NCBI GenBank assembly: GCA_963794695.1
Contig: CAWCFJ010000012.1
Location: 69,713 to 133,712 of the forward strand
Length of the DNA stretch: 64,000 nucleotides
Direction of reading: 5' to 3'
DNA from: an uncultured Actinomycetes bacterium
Lineage (GTDB): Bacteria; Actinomycetota; Thermoleophilia; Gaiellales; JALYLC01
Under the pieces are notes generated by a model. The model made no database searches and was not told the DNA's origin. It worked only from the letters and a program-made list of their open reading frames with translations. A program made the translations under genes and the position numbers. Below, piece after piece: positions 10,691-21,099 of the stretch; position 1 is the first letter of the stretch; every line of letters begins with the position of its first letter.

Positions 10691-11719
10691 CTCGCGCGCC
10701 CTCGCGTACGCGCGGGTCGATGAACAGGGCCAGCAGGTCGGCGAACAGGTAGACCAGCACGTAGACCAGCGAGGCCAGGATCACCACGCCGAGCACCGGC
10801 GCGTAGTCGAACTGCTGCATCGACTGGATCGCGTACAGGCCGATCCCGGGCCAGGAGAAGACCAGCTCGACCAGCACCGTGCCGCCGAGCAGGTAGCCGA
10901 AGGTCATCGCGGTCATCGTGCTGATCGGCAGGAGCGCGTTCTTGAACGCGTACCAGCGCACCGTCCGCTCGGGCAGGCCGAAGGAGCGGGCGCTGCGCAC
11001 GAAGTCGCCCCGCAGCACGCCGATCATGGTGTTGCGGGTGAGCTGCAGGATCGGCGGGCAGGCGGTGATCGCCAGCACGATCGCCGGCAGGGCGAGGTGC
11101 TGCAGCGCCGACCAGAACGTCTCCCACTGGCCGGCGATCAGGGCGTCGACCACCGTCATCCCGGTGACCCGCGGCGGCGGGATCGCGCTGATGTCGAGCT
11201 CGCCGACCGGGCTCGGGGCGACGTGCCAGACCGAGTAGAACAGGAAGATCAGGAGGATCCCGAGCCAGAAGCTCGGGACCGCGACGCCGAACTCGACGAC
11301 GGTCTGGCTGATCCGGTCGACGATCCCGCGCGGGCGCAGCGCCGAGATGATCCCGAGCGGGATCGTCCACAGGAGGCCCAGGAACAGGCCGGCCGCGGCC
11401 AGCTCGATGGTCGCCGGGAAGCGCTGCCAGATCTCGTGCCGCACCGGCTGCTGGGTGTACTGGGAGACCCCGAGGTCGCCGTGCAGCAGGTTCCGAGGTA
11501 CGTCCAGTACTGCTGCAGCACGGGCTGGTCGTAGCCGAGCTGGTGGCGGAGCTGGACGAGCTGCTCGTCGGTGGCCCGCGGGCCCAGGATGAGCCGCGCG
11601 GGGTCGCCGAGCACGTGGGTCACGATGAAGACCAGCGTGACCACGCCGAGCATCGCGAGCGCGGCGCCCAGCAGGCGGGTCGCCACGTACAGCGGCCAGC
11701 GCAGGGCGCCGCGCGTCAC
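10687..11719 (-). CDS. ABC transporter permease (DppB/OppB-like); 2 frame switches as read
   Basis: GTG at 11719 with a GGAGGAG RBS. The N-terminus (ORF 11249..11719) joins the frame of ORF 9639..11444 near 11495. The stop expected to overlap the next start (TGA 10687-10689) is reached only after a second switch near 10715. Confidence 0.75.
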
Positions 11720-11735
11720 GATGCTGCTCCTCCCA

Positions 11736-13394
11736 CTACTTGCGCGAGAGGAGCCGGTAGGTGAGCAGGCCGTCGGGCTCGTACAGGAACCCGGAGATGT
11801 TCGAGCGGATCGGGATGAGGTAGTTCGGCTCGCCGAGGCTGATCGCGGGCAGGTCCTTGTTCAGCTGGTTCTGCACCTTGCAGGGCCAGGGCCTTCTTGG
11901 TCGCCGGCGGCAGCACCGTGGCGAACTTGGTGAGCGCCGCGTCCATCGTGGCGTTCGAGTACTTGAACCAGTTGATCACGGACTTCGTCCCGTACCACAG
12001 GAACGTCTGGTAGTAGGGGTCGTCGACGAACGAGCCGAGGCCCGACTGGATCCAGGCCTGCATCGAGCGCTTGCCGAGGTCGCCCTGGAACTGGGCCGCC
12101 GAGAGCTTCGAGATGTTCATCGTGATGCCCACGGCCTTGAGCGCGGTCTGCACCGGCACGGCCAGCGCGGCGGCGTCGGCGTCGCCCTCGTTGATCTCGA
12201 CCGTGAAGCTCACCCCGGCCGACAGGCCGGCCTGCGAGAGCAGCTCCTTGGCCTTCGCCGGGTCGTACTTGTAGGGCCACGCGGCCTTCGGCTGGAACCA
12301 GACCGAGTTGCGCGGCCACACGCCCTTCGCGACCTTCGCCTGCCCGCGCAGGACCTGGCTCACGATCTGGTCGTACGGGATCGCGTAGGCCACGGCCTGG
12401 CGGACGCGCACGTCGTCGAACGGCTTCTTGTCCATCACGAAGCCGAGCACGTCCTGGGCGATCGACGGCACCGACAGGAGCCGCACCCCGTTCGCGCCCT
12501 GCAGCCGGGCGGCGTCGTCGAGGCTCAGGTCCTCGGCGATGTCGATCGAGCCGTTCTTCAGGAGCAGCGAGCGGGTCTGGGAGTTCGGGATGACCTGCAG
12601 GATCACCGTCGTGAAGTACGGCTTCGGGCCCCAGTAGCTCGGGTTCGCCTTGAGCGATCAGCCGGGTGCCGGGGGTGTTCTGGGCGATCACGTAGGCGCC
12701 GGTGGCGGCGCCGCCGGTGCGGGCGAGCCAGCTGTGGCCCCAGGGGTCGCTCTTGGTGGCGTTCTTCTTCACCAGCGACGACTCCACGAGGCCGGCGTCC
12801 TGGTCGCGCAGCATCGGCCCGAGGATCGGGGAGGCGTGCGGCAGCTTGACCGTCACGCGTGTACGGGCCGGTCTTCTTGACCTGGGTCAGCTTGGTCAGG
12901 CCGAGGATGTTGAAGTCGAAGACCGAGCCGGCGTTCACGCCGAGCGAGCGCTGGATCTTGTAGACCAGGTCGTCGGCGGTGACCGGCGTGCCGTCGGGGA
13001 ACTTCGCGCCCTTTCTGACGTTCAGGACGACCGTGCCGTCCTTCTTGGCCGTCCAGGAGGAGAGCGCGTCGCCGACCACGGTCTTCACGTCGGCGCGCAG
13101 GTAGCCCTTGCCGGTGTTGATCGTCTTGTAGTGCACCCACTGGGCGTAGATGTTCTTGATCAGCTCGTTGGCCCGCGTCGCCTGGCCGAACTCGGGATCC
13201 ATCGTCTGCGGGTCCGACGAGACGCCGATCACCAGCGTGTGGGCGTCGGCGCGCGCCGCCTGCGCCACGTTCGGCGCGGCCTTCGCCGTCTGGCCGTCCG
13301 TGTGCGCTGCGGCCGCGACGGCGGTCGCACCGGCGACCACGGTCGCGAGCACGCCGGCGTACAGGACCCGCCTCCTGGAACGTTGACTAGCCAC
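11736..13394 (-). CDS. ABC transporter substrate-binding protein, family 5 (peptide/nickel type); 3 frame switches as read
   Basis: GTG at 13394, signal-like RRRVLYAGVLATVVAGATAVAAAA, then family-5 SBP sequence. Segments lie in ORFs 12603..13433, 11861..12856 and 11716..12606, plus an unlisted frame ending ...GFLYEPDGLLTYRLLSRK-TAG at 11736. Switches near 12857, 12665 and 11880. Confidence 0.75.
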
Positions 13395-14988
13395 GGTTCC
13401 CCGCTCCCTTCTCCGGTTGCCCCCACCCACCACCGCCGCCGGTCTGCACGTGCACCACCGTGCCGGCCGGGATCGGGACTGCGTTGCACTTCAGCACCAG
13501 GCGCGGCTCGCTCGCCCGGCTCGATCACGTGCACCTGCGGCGGCGCGCCGGCCTCGCCGCCGGCGAGGCCCCAGCTCGGGGTGCGCGTCCGCTCGAACCA
13601 CAGGCTGAGGCGGCAGGCCTCGAGCACCTCGTAGACCCGCTCGATGCCGAGCCCGCCGCGGTGCCGGCCGGCGCCGCCGGAGCCCTGCGCGCAGCCCGTG
13701 CCGGCGCAGCACCAGCGGGTAGCGGTGCTCCATCACCTCGACCGGGAAGTTCTTGAAGTCGCCCGCCGCCGAGTGGATCAGCGCGCTCTCGCCGTCGCCG
13801 CCGGGGTGCGCGCCCCAGCCGCCGACCAGCGACTCGCCCGACAGGAACTGCGGCCGGCCGCGCTCGTTGACGAAGGTGACGTTCCAGGAGTCGCCGACGT
13901 GGCCGGCGGCCGTCCGCTCGGGGACGGCCTCGCTGAGCGCCCGGACCGTGAGGTCCATCGCCAGCATCAGGTGCGGCCCGTAGTGCAGGCAGGCCGCCGT
14001 CGGCGACGGGTCGAAGCAGCTGCCCGGCGGCACCTCGATGGTCAGGTTGCGGAACGAGCCGCCGCACACCGGGGCGTTCGGGTTGACCACGAACTTGAAC
14101 GCCTGCTGCAGCGCCGAGCGGGTCTGCACGATCCCGCTGTTGATGGAGCCCTCGTTCTCGACCGCCGAGCCGTGAAGATCGATGGTCAGCGCGTCCCCGG
14201 CCACGGTCACCGCGACCGCGACGCGCACCGGCTCGCGGTTGATCCCGTCGTCGTCCAGGAACCCCTCGGCCCGGTAGGTGCCGTCGGGGATCTCGGCCAC
14301 CGAGGCCCGGTCGGCCGCCTCGGCCTGGGCGAAGAAGGTCTCGATCGAGGCCTCGACCTCGGGCCAGCCGTAGCGCTCGACGATCGAGCGGAAGCGCTCC
14401 TCGCCGGTCCGGCAGGCCGTGAGCGAGGCGTGCAGGTCGCCGACCAGCGGGCCCGGGAAGCGCGAGTTCAGGGCGATCAGCTCGAGCAGCTCCTCGTCGA
14501 GCTCGCCCGCCTTGACGATCCGCAGCGGCGGCAGCCGCAGCCCCTCCTGGAAGATCTCGGTGGAGTCCGAGACGTACCCGGCCTCCTTGGCCCCGACGTC
14601 GTTCCAGTGGGCCTTCGCGCCCGAGAAGCCGCGCAGCACGCCGTCGACGAAGATCGGCGCGAAGACCGTCACGTCGTTCAGGTGGCTGCCGCAGATGGCC
14701 GAGTCGTTGACCAGCCAGACGTCACCCTCGGCGAACGCGTCCGGGCCCTTGCGGCGGATGACCTCCTGCAGCGTGCCGCCGAGCGAGCCCAGGAAGAACG
14801 GCAGCCCCGGCGCCTGGCCGAGCAGCCCGCCGCTCGGCGTCGTAGATGCCGACCGAGCAGTCCTTCATCTCGTAGATGACCGGGCTGTAGGCCGAGCGGT
14901 AGAGGTTGCGCCGCATCTGCTCGGCGCCCGACATGAACGCGTGGCGGACGACCTCGACGGTCGCCGGGCTGGGCTTGACGGCGCTCAT
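13387..14988 (-). CDS. hyuB: hydantoinase B/oxoprolinase family protein; 3 frame switches as read
   Basis: Starts MSAVKPSPATVEVVRHAFMSGAEQMRRNLYRSAYSPVIYEMKDCSVGIYDAE, followed by ...GSHLNDVTVFAPIFVDG... and a C-terminal GGGGGWG. Switches near 14838, 13683 and 13520. The TAG at 13387 overlaps the SBP start. Confidence 0.8.
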
Positions 14989-17003
14989 GCGCGCCTGCTC
15001 CAGCAGCAGGTGGCCGCCCGGCACCGGCCGGACCGTCCAGCCGACGTCGACCACGGTGGTCGCGGTGTCCTCGATGACGATGGCCGGGCCCTCGACGGGC
15101 CCTTCGAGCGAGCCGCGATGGTGCACCGCGGCCTCGTGCTCGACGCCGGCGAGCCGCACCGTCGAGCGCCCGAGCACCCCGCCGGCGGCGGCCGCCGCGG
15201 CCGGGGCCGCCGGCCGGCGGAGCTCTGCGACCGCCGCCAGGCGGACGGCCACGAACTCGATCGGCTCGCTCGGGCTGGCGTGCCCGTAGCGAGCCTGGTA
15301 GGCGCCGTGGAAGCGGCCCGCGACCGTCGCCGCGCGCTCGCTCAGGTCGTCGACGTCGGCCGTCTCGAGCGGCAGCGTCAGGCTGTACTCCTGGCCGACG
15401 TAGCGCAGGTCGGCGGCGACCTCGAAGCGCAGGTCGTCGCCGGCCACGCCGTCGATCTCCATCAGGCCCGCGACCTGCTCGCGCAGCGCGTCGACCGCGC
15501 CGCGCAGATCGCCGTCGACGCGTCGCGAGCGGGTGGAAGAACGTCTGCACCGCGTCGTGGCGGATGTCGCCGCGGAGCATCCCCCAGGCCGAGAACGCGC
15601 CCGGCAGGCCGGGCACCAGGGCCCGCTCGATGCCGAGCTCCTCGGCCAGCGCGGTGGCGTGCAGGCCGCCGGCGCCGCCGAAGGCGCAGAGCACGAAGTC
15701 GCGCGGGTCGAGGCCCCGCTCGACCGTCAGCTCGCGGATCGCCTCGGCCATCGCGAAGTGGATGACGACCAGCGCCTGCTCGGCCAGCTCCTCGGGCGTG
15801 AGGCCGAGGCGGTCGCTCACGCGCGCGAGCGCCGCGCGCGCGGCTACGAGGTCCAGCGGCAGCTCGCCGGCCAGGCGCTGGCCGGGCGGGATGCGGCCGA
15901 GCACCAGGTTCGCGTCGGTGATGGTCGGCTCGGTGCCGCCGAGGCCGTAGCAGGCAGGGCCGGGGTTGGCTCCGGCCGACTCGGGCCCGACGCGCAGGGC
16001 GCCGTCGATCGAGCGGATCAGGGAGCCGCCGCCGGCGCCGATCGTGTGCACCTCGATCGCCGGCGCCAGCACGGGCAGGCCCTGCAGCTCGAACTCGGCC
16101 ATCAGCGCCGTCTCGCCGCCGCGCACGATCGAGACGTCGAACGAGGTGCCGCCGACGTCCGCCGAGATCAGGTCGCCGAGGCCGAGGCCCTCGCCCGCGG
16201 CGCGGGTGCCGACGACGCCGCCGACCGGGCCCGAGAACAGGGTGAGCACCGACTTTCCGGCGGCCACCGCCGCGCCCATGACCCCGCCGTTGGACTCGGT
16301 CACGTAGACCGGCACCGTGGCGCCCTCGGCGTGCAGGGCGCGCGAGAGCTGGTCGAGGTAGGAGCTCATGATCGGCGTGATGTAGGCCGAGAGCACGGTC
16401 GTCGCGGTGCGCTCGTACTCGCGCCAGACCGGGGCCACGACGTGGCTCAGGACGACGGGCACGTCGCAGCGTCTCGGCCAGCAGCTCGCCGACCCGGCGC
16501 TCGTGGGCGCCGTCGGCGTAGGCGTGCAGCAGGCAGACCGCGACCGACTCGAAGCCGGCTGCCGCGATCTCCCGGGCCACCGCCCGGACCGAGGCCTCGT
16601 CCACCGGCAGCAGCTCGGAGCCGTCGGCCGAGAGCCGCTCGTCCACCTCGAAGATCGCCTCCCGCTCGAGCAGCGGCCGCGGCTTCGTGTAGTGCAGGTC
16701 GTACATCTGCGGCCGGTGGCCGCGGCCGATCAGGTAGGTGTCGCGGAAGCCGCGGGTGGTGACCAGGGCCACCTTCGCCCCGCGCCGCTCGAGCACCGAG
16801 TTCAGGCCGGCGGTGGTGCCGTGCACGAACAGCTCGAGCTCCGCCGGATCGACGTTCGCGGAGCGCACGGCGGCGATCACGCCGTCCACCAGGCGCTCGG
16901 GAGTCGTGAGCACCTTCGACGCGCTGACGGACGCGCCGCCCTCGGACTCCACCACGAGATCGGTGAACGTGCCGCCGATGTCGACAGCCACCCGGTAGGC
17001 CAA
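14989..17003 (-). CDS. hyuA: hydantoinase/oxoprolinase A family protein; 2 frame switches as read, no stop before hyuB
   Basis: TTG at 17003 with a [27 protein letters not shown] is the ASKHA-fold start of the HyuA family. Switches near 16468 and 15523. As read, the C-terminus ...[10 protein letters not shown] runs in frame straight into the MSAVK of hyuB. Confidence 0.8.
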
Positions 17004-17038
17004 CCCCTTGTCCTTCCTCGATCGTCAGAACGAGAGCC

Positions 17039-17121
17039 GAATGTTCTCACAGCGCGCAGGCGAGCGCAATACGAACAAATCGCTTGCTGGACATCGTCTC
17101 GCGAGCCAGCTATGTTCGTAT
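17039..17121. promoter_or_regulatory. candidate operator set in the hyuA / aminotransferase divergent promoter
   Basis: A relatively AT-rich 159-bp intergenic region. ATACGAACA (17069-17077) and its exact complement TGTTCGTAT (17113-17121) form a 9-bp inverted repeat. A third related box, ATGTTCTC, lies at 17041-17048. Confidence 0.35.
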
Positions 17122-17162
17122 CGCGCCCGATAGTCCGTTTCGCGCACACATTTCGGAGAGCG

Positions 17163-18542
17163 ATGTCGATCTCGTCCAGCACACCAGTCGAGGAAGCCGA
17201 CAGGCGCTTCGTCTTCCACCCGTTCACCGCGCCCAAGAAGCACGAGGCCGACGGCGGCCTGACCATCGTGCGCGGCAAGGGGGTGCGGCTCTGGGACACC
17301 CGGGACCGCTCCTACCTCGACGCGATGGCCGGGCTCTGGTGCGTCAACGTCGGCTACGGCCGCAGCGAGATCGCCGAGGCGATCGCGGCCCAGGTCGAGA
17401 AGCTGTCCTACTACCACGGCTTCTCGTCGATGGCCACGGACACGCCCGCCATGCTCGCCGAGCGGATGATCGGCCTGGCGCCGGCCGGGATGTCGAAGGT
17501 CTTCTTCGGCAACAGCGGCTCGGACGCCAACGACACCCAGGCGAAGCTCGTCTGGTTCTACAACAACGCCCTCGGCCGGCCCGAGAAGAAGAAGCTGATC
17601 TCCCGCATGCGCGGCTACCACGGGGTGACCGTGCTGTCCGCCGGGCTCACCGGGCTCACCGGGCTCCACGAGGGGTTCGACCTGCCGCTGCCGATGATCC
17701 GGCACACGCGGGCGCCGCACGGGCTGTGGGAGCGCGAGCCGGGCATGAGCGACGAGGCGTTCAGCCGCGCCCTGGCCGACGACCTCGAGCAGCTGATCCT
17801 GCGCGAGGGCCCCGAGACGGTGGCCGCGTTCATCGCCGAGCCCGTGCAGGCCGCGGGCGGCGTGATCGTCCCGCCGAAGGGCTACTTCGAGGCCGTGCAG
17901 GAGGTGCTGCGCCGCCACGACGTGCTGTTCATCGCCGACGAGGTGGTGTGCGGCTTCGGCCGGCTCGGCACCTGGTTCGGCTCCGACTACTTCGGCATCC
18001 AGCCCGACCTGATGACCGTCGCCAAGGGCCTCACGTCCGCCTACTACCCGCTCTCGGGCTGCATCGTCTCGGAGCAGATCTGGACCGTGCTGGCCGACCA
18101 CACGCCCACGGTGTTCAGCCACGGCTACACCTACACCGCCCACCCCGTCGCCGCCGCTGCGGCCCTCGTGAACCTCGACATCATCGAGCAGGAGGGCCTC
18201 GTCGAGCGGGCGGGCCAGATGGGCGAGTACCTGCGCCGGCGGCTCGCCGAGAGCTTCGCCGACCACCCGCTGGTCGGCGAGGTGCGCGGCGCCGGGTTCC
18301 TCGGAGCCGTGGAGTTCGTCGCCAGCCGCGACCCGCTCACGGCGTTCGACCCGGCGCTCGGCGTCGGCGCCCGCGTGACGCGCGCGTGCCTGGCCCGCGG
18401 CGTCATCACCCGGGCGCTGCCGGCGTCCGACACCATCGCCTTCTCGCCGCCGTTCGTGGCCAGCGAGGAGGAGCTCGACGAGATGGTCGCGGTGGCCCGC
18501 GCGGCGGCTGACGAGGTCGCCGCCGAACTGCGCCAAGGCTGA
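17163..18542 (+). CDS. class-III (omega-type) PLP aminotransferase
   Basis: ATG at 17163 inside ORF 16407..18542; intact, 459 aa. Motifs: [52 protein letters not shown] (PLP lysine context). Confidence 0.9.
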   Translation: MSISSSTPVEEADRRFVFHPFTAPKKHEADGGLTIVRGKGVRLWDTRDRSYLDAMAGLWCVNVGYGRSEIAEAIAAQVEKLSYYHGFSSMATDTPAMLAERMIGLAPAGMSKVFFGNSGSDANDTQAKLVWFYNNALGRPEKKKLISRMRGYHGVTVLSAGLTGLTGLHEGFDLPLPMIRHTRAPHGLWEREPGMSDEAFSRALADDLEQLILREGPETVAAFIAEPVQAAGGVIVPPKGYFEAVQEVLRRHDVLFIADEVVCGFGRLGTWFGSDYFGIQPDLMTVAKGLTSAYYPLSGCIVSEQIWTVLADHTPTVFSHGYTYTAHPVAAAAALVNLDIIEQEGLVERAGQMGEYLRRRLAESFADHPLVGEVRGAGFLGAVEFVASRDPLTAFDPALGVGARVTRACLARGVITRALPASDTIAFSPPFVASEEELDEMVAVARAAADEVAAELRQG

Positions 18543-18547
18543 GGCCC

Positions 18548-19666
18548 GTGCCCACGCTCGGCCTGATCGTGAACCCGGTGGCCGGCGTCGGCGGGCGGCT
18601 CGGGCTGCACGGCAGCGACGACGCCGAGGCCGTCGCGCGAGCGCTGCAGGACGGGGCCGAGCGGGTCTCGATCGTGCGGGCCCGGCGCGCGCTGGCGGTG
18701 CTGCGGCAGCGGCTGCCCGAGCTCTCGGTGGTCGCCGCGCCCGGCAGCATGGGCGCGTTCGTGGCCGACGAGGCGGGCTACCCGACGGACGCGCTCGATC
18801 TCGAGCTGCACGAGCCGACGCTGGCGGCCGACACCCGGGCCGCGGCGGCCGAGATCGCCCGCTGGAAGCCGGAGCTCCTGCTCTTCGCCGGCGGCGACGG
18901 CACCGCCCGGGACGTCGTCCAGGTGGTCGGGACGCGGCTGCCGCTGCTCGGCATCCCGTCGGGGGTGAAGATGCGCTCGGGCGTGTTCGCGACCTCGCCC
19001 GAGGCCGCCGGCGACGCGGCGGCCCGCTACCTCGTGGCGCCCGATCGCTTCGGGCTGCGCGAGGCCGAGGTGGTCGACCAGCCGGACGGCGGCTCGATCG
19101 AGGACAGCGTGCTCTACGGGATCGCCAGCGTCCCGGACGTGCGGGGCCAGCTGCAGACCCAGAAGGCGGTCGCGCCGCGCTTCGACGACGGCGCGCTGCA
19201 GGCGCTGTGCGACCTGATCGCCGAGGAGATGGAGCCCGGCCGGATCTACCTGCTCGGCCCGGGCACGACGACCGGCCGGATCCTCGGCCGGCTCGGGCTC
19301 GAGCACACCCCGCTCGGCGTGGACGCCGTGTGCAACGGCGCGCTGGTCGGCGCCGACCTCGACGAGGCCGGGATCCTGCAGCTGCTGTCGGGCGGCGCCC
19401 CGGCGACGCTGGTCCTGGGCGTGATCGGCGGCCAGGGGTTCCTGCTCGGGCGGGGGAACCAGCAGCTCACCCCGAGCGTCCTGCGCCGCATCGGGACGCA
19501 GGAGATCGTGATCGTGGCCGGCGCCGACAAGCTCCTGGCGCTGGATCCGCCGCTGCTTCGGGTCGACCTCGGCGACGAGGCCGCCGAGCGGCTGCTGGAC
19601 GGGTACCGCCAGGTTCGCGTCGGCCCCGATCGGTCGGTGATGATGCGGGTCGCGAGCGTCGAATGA
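18548..19666 (+). CDS. ATP-NAD kinase family protein (AcoX-like)
   Basis: Intact ORF, 372 aa. LGLIVNPVAGVGG at the N-terminus and the GGDGT motif (FAGGDGTARDV) of the NAD kinase/diacylglycerol kinase fold. Length and layout match the ~370-aa AcoX-like subgroup. Starts 6 nt after the aminotransferase stop. Confidence 0.75.
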   Translation: MPTLGLIVNPVAGVGGRLGLHGSDDAEAVARALQDGAERVSIVRARRALAVLRQRLPELSVVAAPGSMGAFVADEAGYPTDALDLELHEPTLAADTRAAAAEIARWKPELLLFAGGDGTARDVVQVVGTRLPLLGIPSGVKMRSGVFATSPEAAGDAAARYLVAPDRFGLREAEVVDQPDGGSIEDSVLYGIASVPDVRGQLQTQKAVAPRFDDGALQALCDLIAEEMEPGRIYLLGPGTTTGRILGRLGLEHTPLGVDAVCNGALVGADLDEAGILQLLSGGAPATLVLGVIGGQGFLLGRGNQQLTPSVLRRIGTQEIVIVAGADKLLALDPPLLRVDLGDEAAERLLDGYRQVRVGPDRSVMMRVASVE

Positions 19667-19718
19667 GGGAGGGTGCAGTTGGCAACGCAGGTGAAGGCGA
19701 GCAGGGGCGCATCCCTAC

Positions 19719-21099
19719 ATGGGCATCTCCGCTCCGAGCGCGATCGAGGAGATGCTCGAGGCGGTCGGCGTCGCGAGCGTCGAGGAGCTGTACGAGCAGG
19801 TGCCCGTCGAGCACCGGATCTCGCGGCCGGTCGACCTGCCGCCGGCGCTGCGCTCCGAGGCGGCGCTGAAGCGGCACATGAGCGGGCTCCTGTCCCGCAA
19901 CACGACCTGCGACGAGGCGCTGAGCTTCCTCGGCGCCGGCTGCTGGCAGCACCACGTGCCCGCGATCTGCGACGAGATCGCCGCCCGCAGCGAGTTCCTG
20001 ACGCCGGTCTGGGGCACGTCGGCCTCGGACTTCGGGCGGAACCAGGCCTGGTTCGAGTACGCGAGCCAGCTCGGCGAGCTGGTCGACATGGACTTCGTCG
20101 GCCTGCCGGTCTACAGCTACGGCTGCGCCGCCGGGCACGCGCTGCGCATGGCCTCCCGGCTGACCGGCCGCTCCGAGGTGCTCGTGCCGCGCTCGCTCGA
20201 CCCCGAGCGGCTGGCGGTCATCCGCACCTACTGCCGGCTATCCGGAGCTGCGCCGCCACGTCGACGTGGTGCTCGTGGACTCCGACCCCGAGACCGGCCG
20301 GCTCGACCTGGCCGACCTCGAGTCGAAGCTCTCCGAGAACACCGCCGGCGTGTACCTCGAGACGCCCTCCTACCTCGGGGTGATCGAGAGCGACGGGCCG
20401 CGGATCGCCGAGCTCGCCCGGGCCGCCGGCGCCGAGACGGTGGTCGGCGTCGACCCGATCAGCCTCGGCGTGCTGGCCCCGCCCGGCGCCTGGGGCGCCG
20501 ACATCGTGGTCGGCACGACCCAGCCGCTGGGCGTCCACATGTACGCCGGCGGCGGCGTCGGCGGCTTCATCGCCACCCGCGACGAGGAGCGCTACGCCCG
20601 CGAGTACCCGACGCTGCAGGTGAGCATCGCCGACACCATCGAGCCCGGCGAGCGCTCGTTCAGCGTGATCCTGTTCGAGCAGACCTCGTACGGCTCGCGC
20701 GAGAACGGCAAGGACTGGACCGGCAACTCGGTCTACCTGTGGGCCATCGCGAACGCGGTCTACATGGCCCTGATGGGGCCGCAGGGGTTCGAGGACATCG
20801 GCCGCACGATCCTGCAGCGCAGCCACTACGCGGCGCGCCGGCTGGCGGCCATCGACGGCGTCGAGGTGCGCTTCCCGTCGGGCTTCTTCAAGGAGTTCGT
20901 GGTCGGCTTCGACGGGACCGGCAAGACGGTCGCCGAGATCAACGCGGCGCTGCGCGAGCGCGGGATCTTCGGCGGCAAGGATCTCTCGCAGGACTTCCCC
21001 GAGCTCGGTCAGAGCGCCCTCTACTGCGTCACCGAGGTGCACGCCCAGGAGGATCTCGACCGGCTCGCCGAGACGCTCGGAGAGGTGGTGGGACGGTGA
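19719..21099 (+). CDS. gcvPA: glycine dehydrogenase (decarboxylating) subunit 1-like protein; 1 frame switch as read
   Basis: The N-terminus in ORF 19719..22070 (SAIEEMLEAVGVASVEELYEQVP ... FLGAGCWQHHVP) joins ORF 20266..21099 near 20235. Two-subunit P-protein architecture. GTGA overlap with subunit 2. Confidence 0.8.

Noticed and set aside
16407-17162. 252-codon N-terminal extension of the aminotransferase ORF (711 aa total)
   Set aside because: The extension is antisense to hyuA and crosses the AT-rich intergenic region. Recognisable aminotransferase sequence begins at the ATG at 17163.
17025-18536. 503-aa minus-strand ORF
   Set aside because: It is a mirror ORF of the intact aminotransferase gene. 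Its translation is low-complexity and Arg/Gly/Ala/Val-rich.
19667-19718. Glycine riboswitch upstream of the gcvPA-like gene
   Set aside because: The intergenic gap is only 52 nt and shows no tandem aptamer-like structure. The gene also appears to be co-transcribed with the upstream kinase-like gene.
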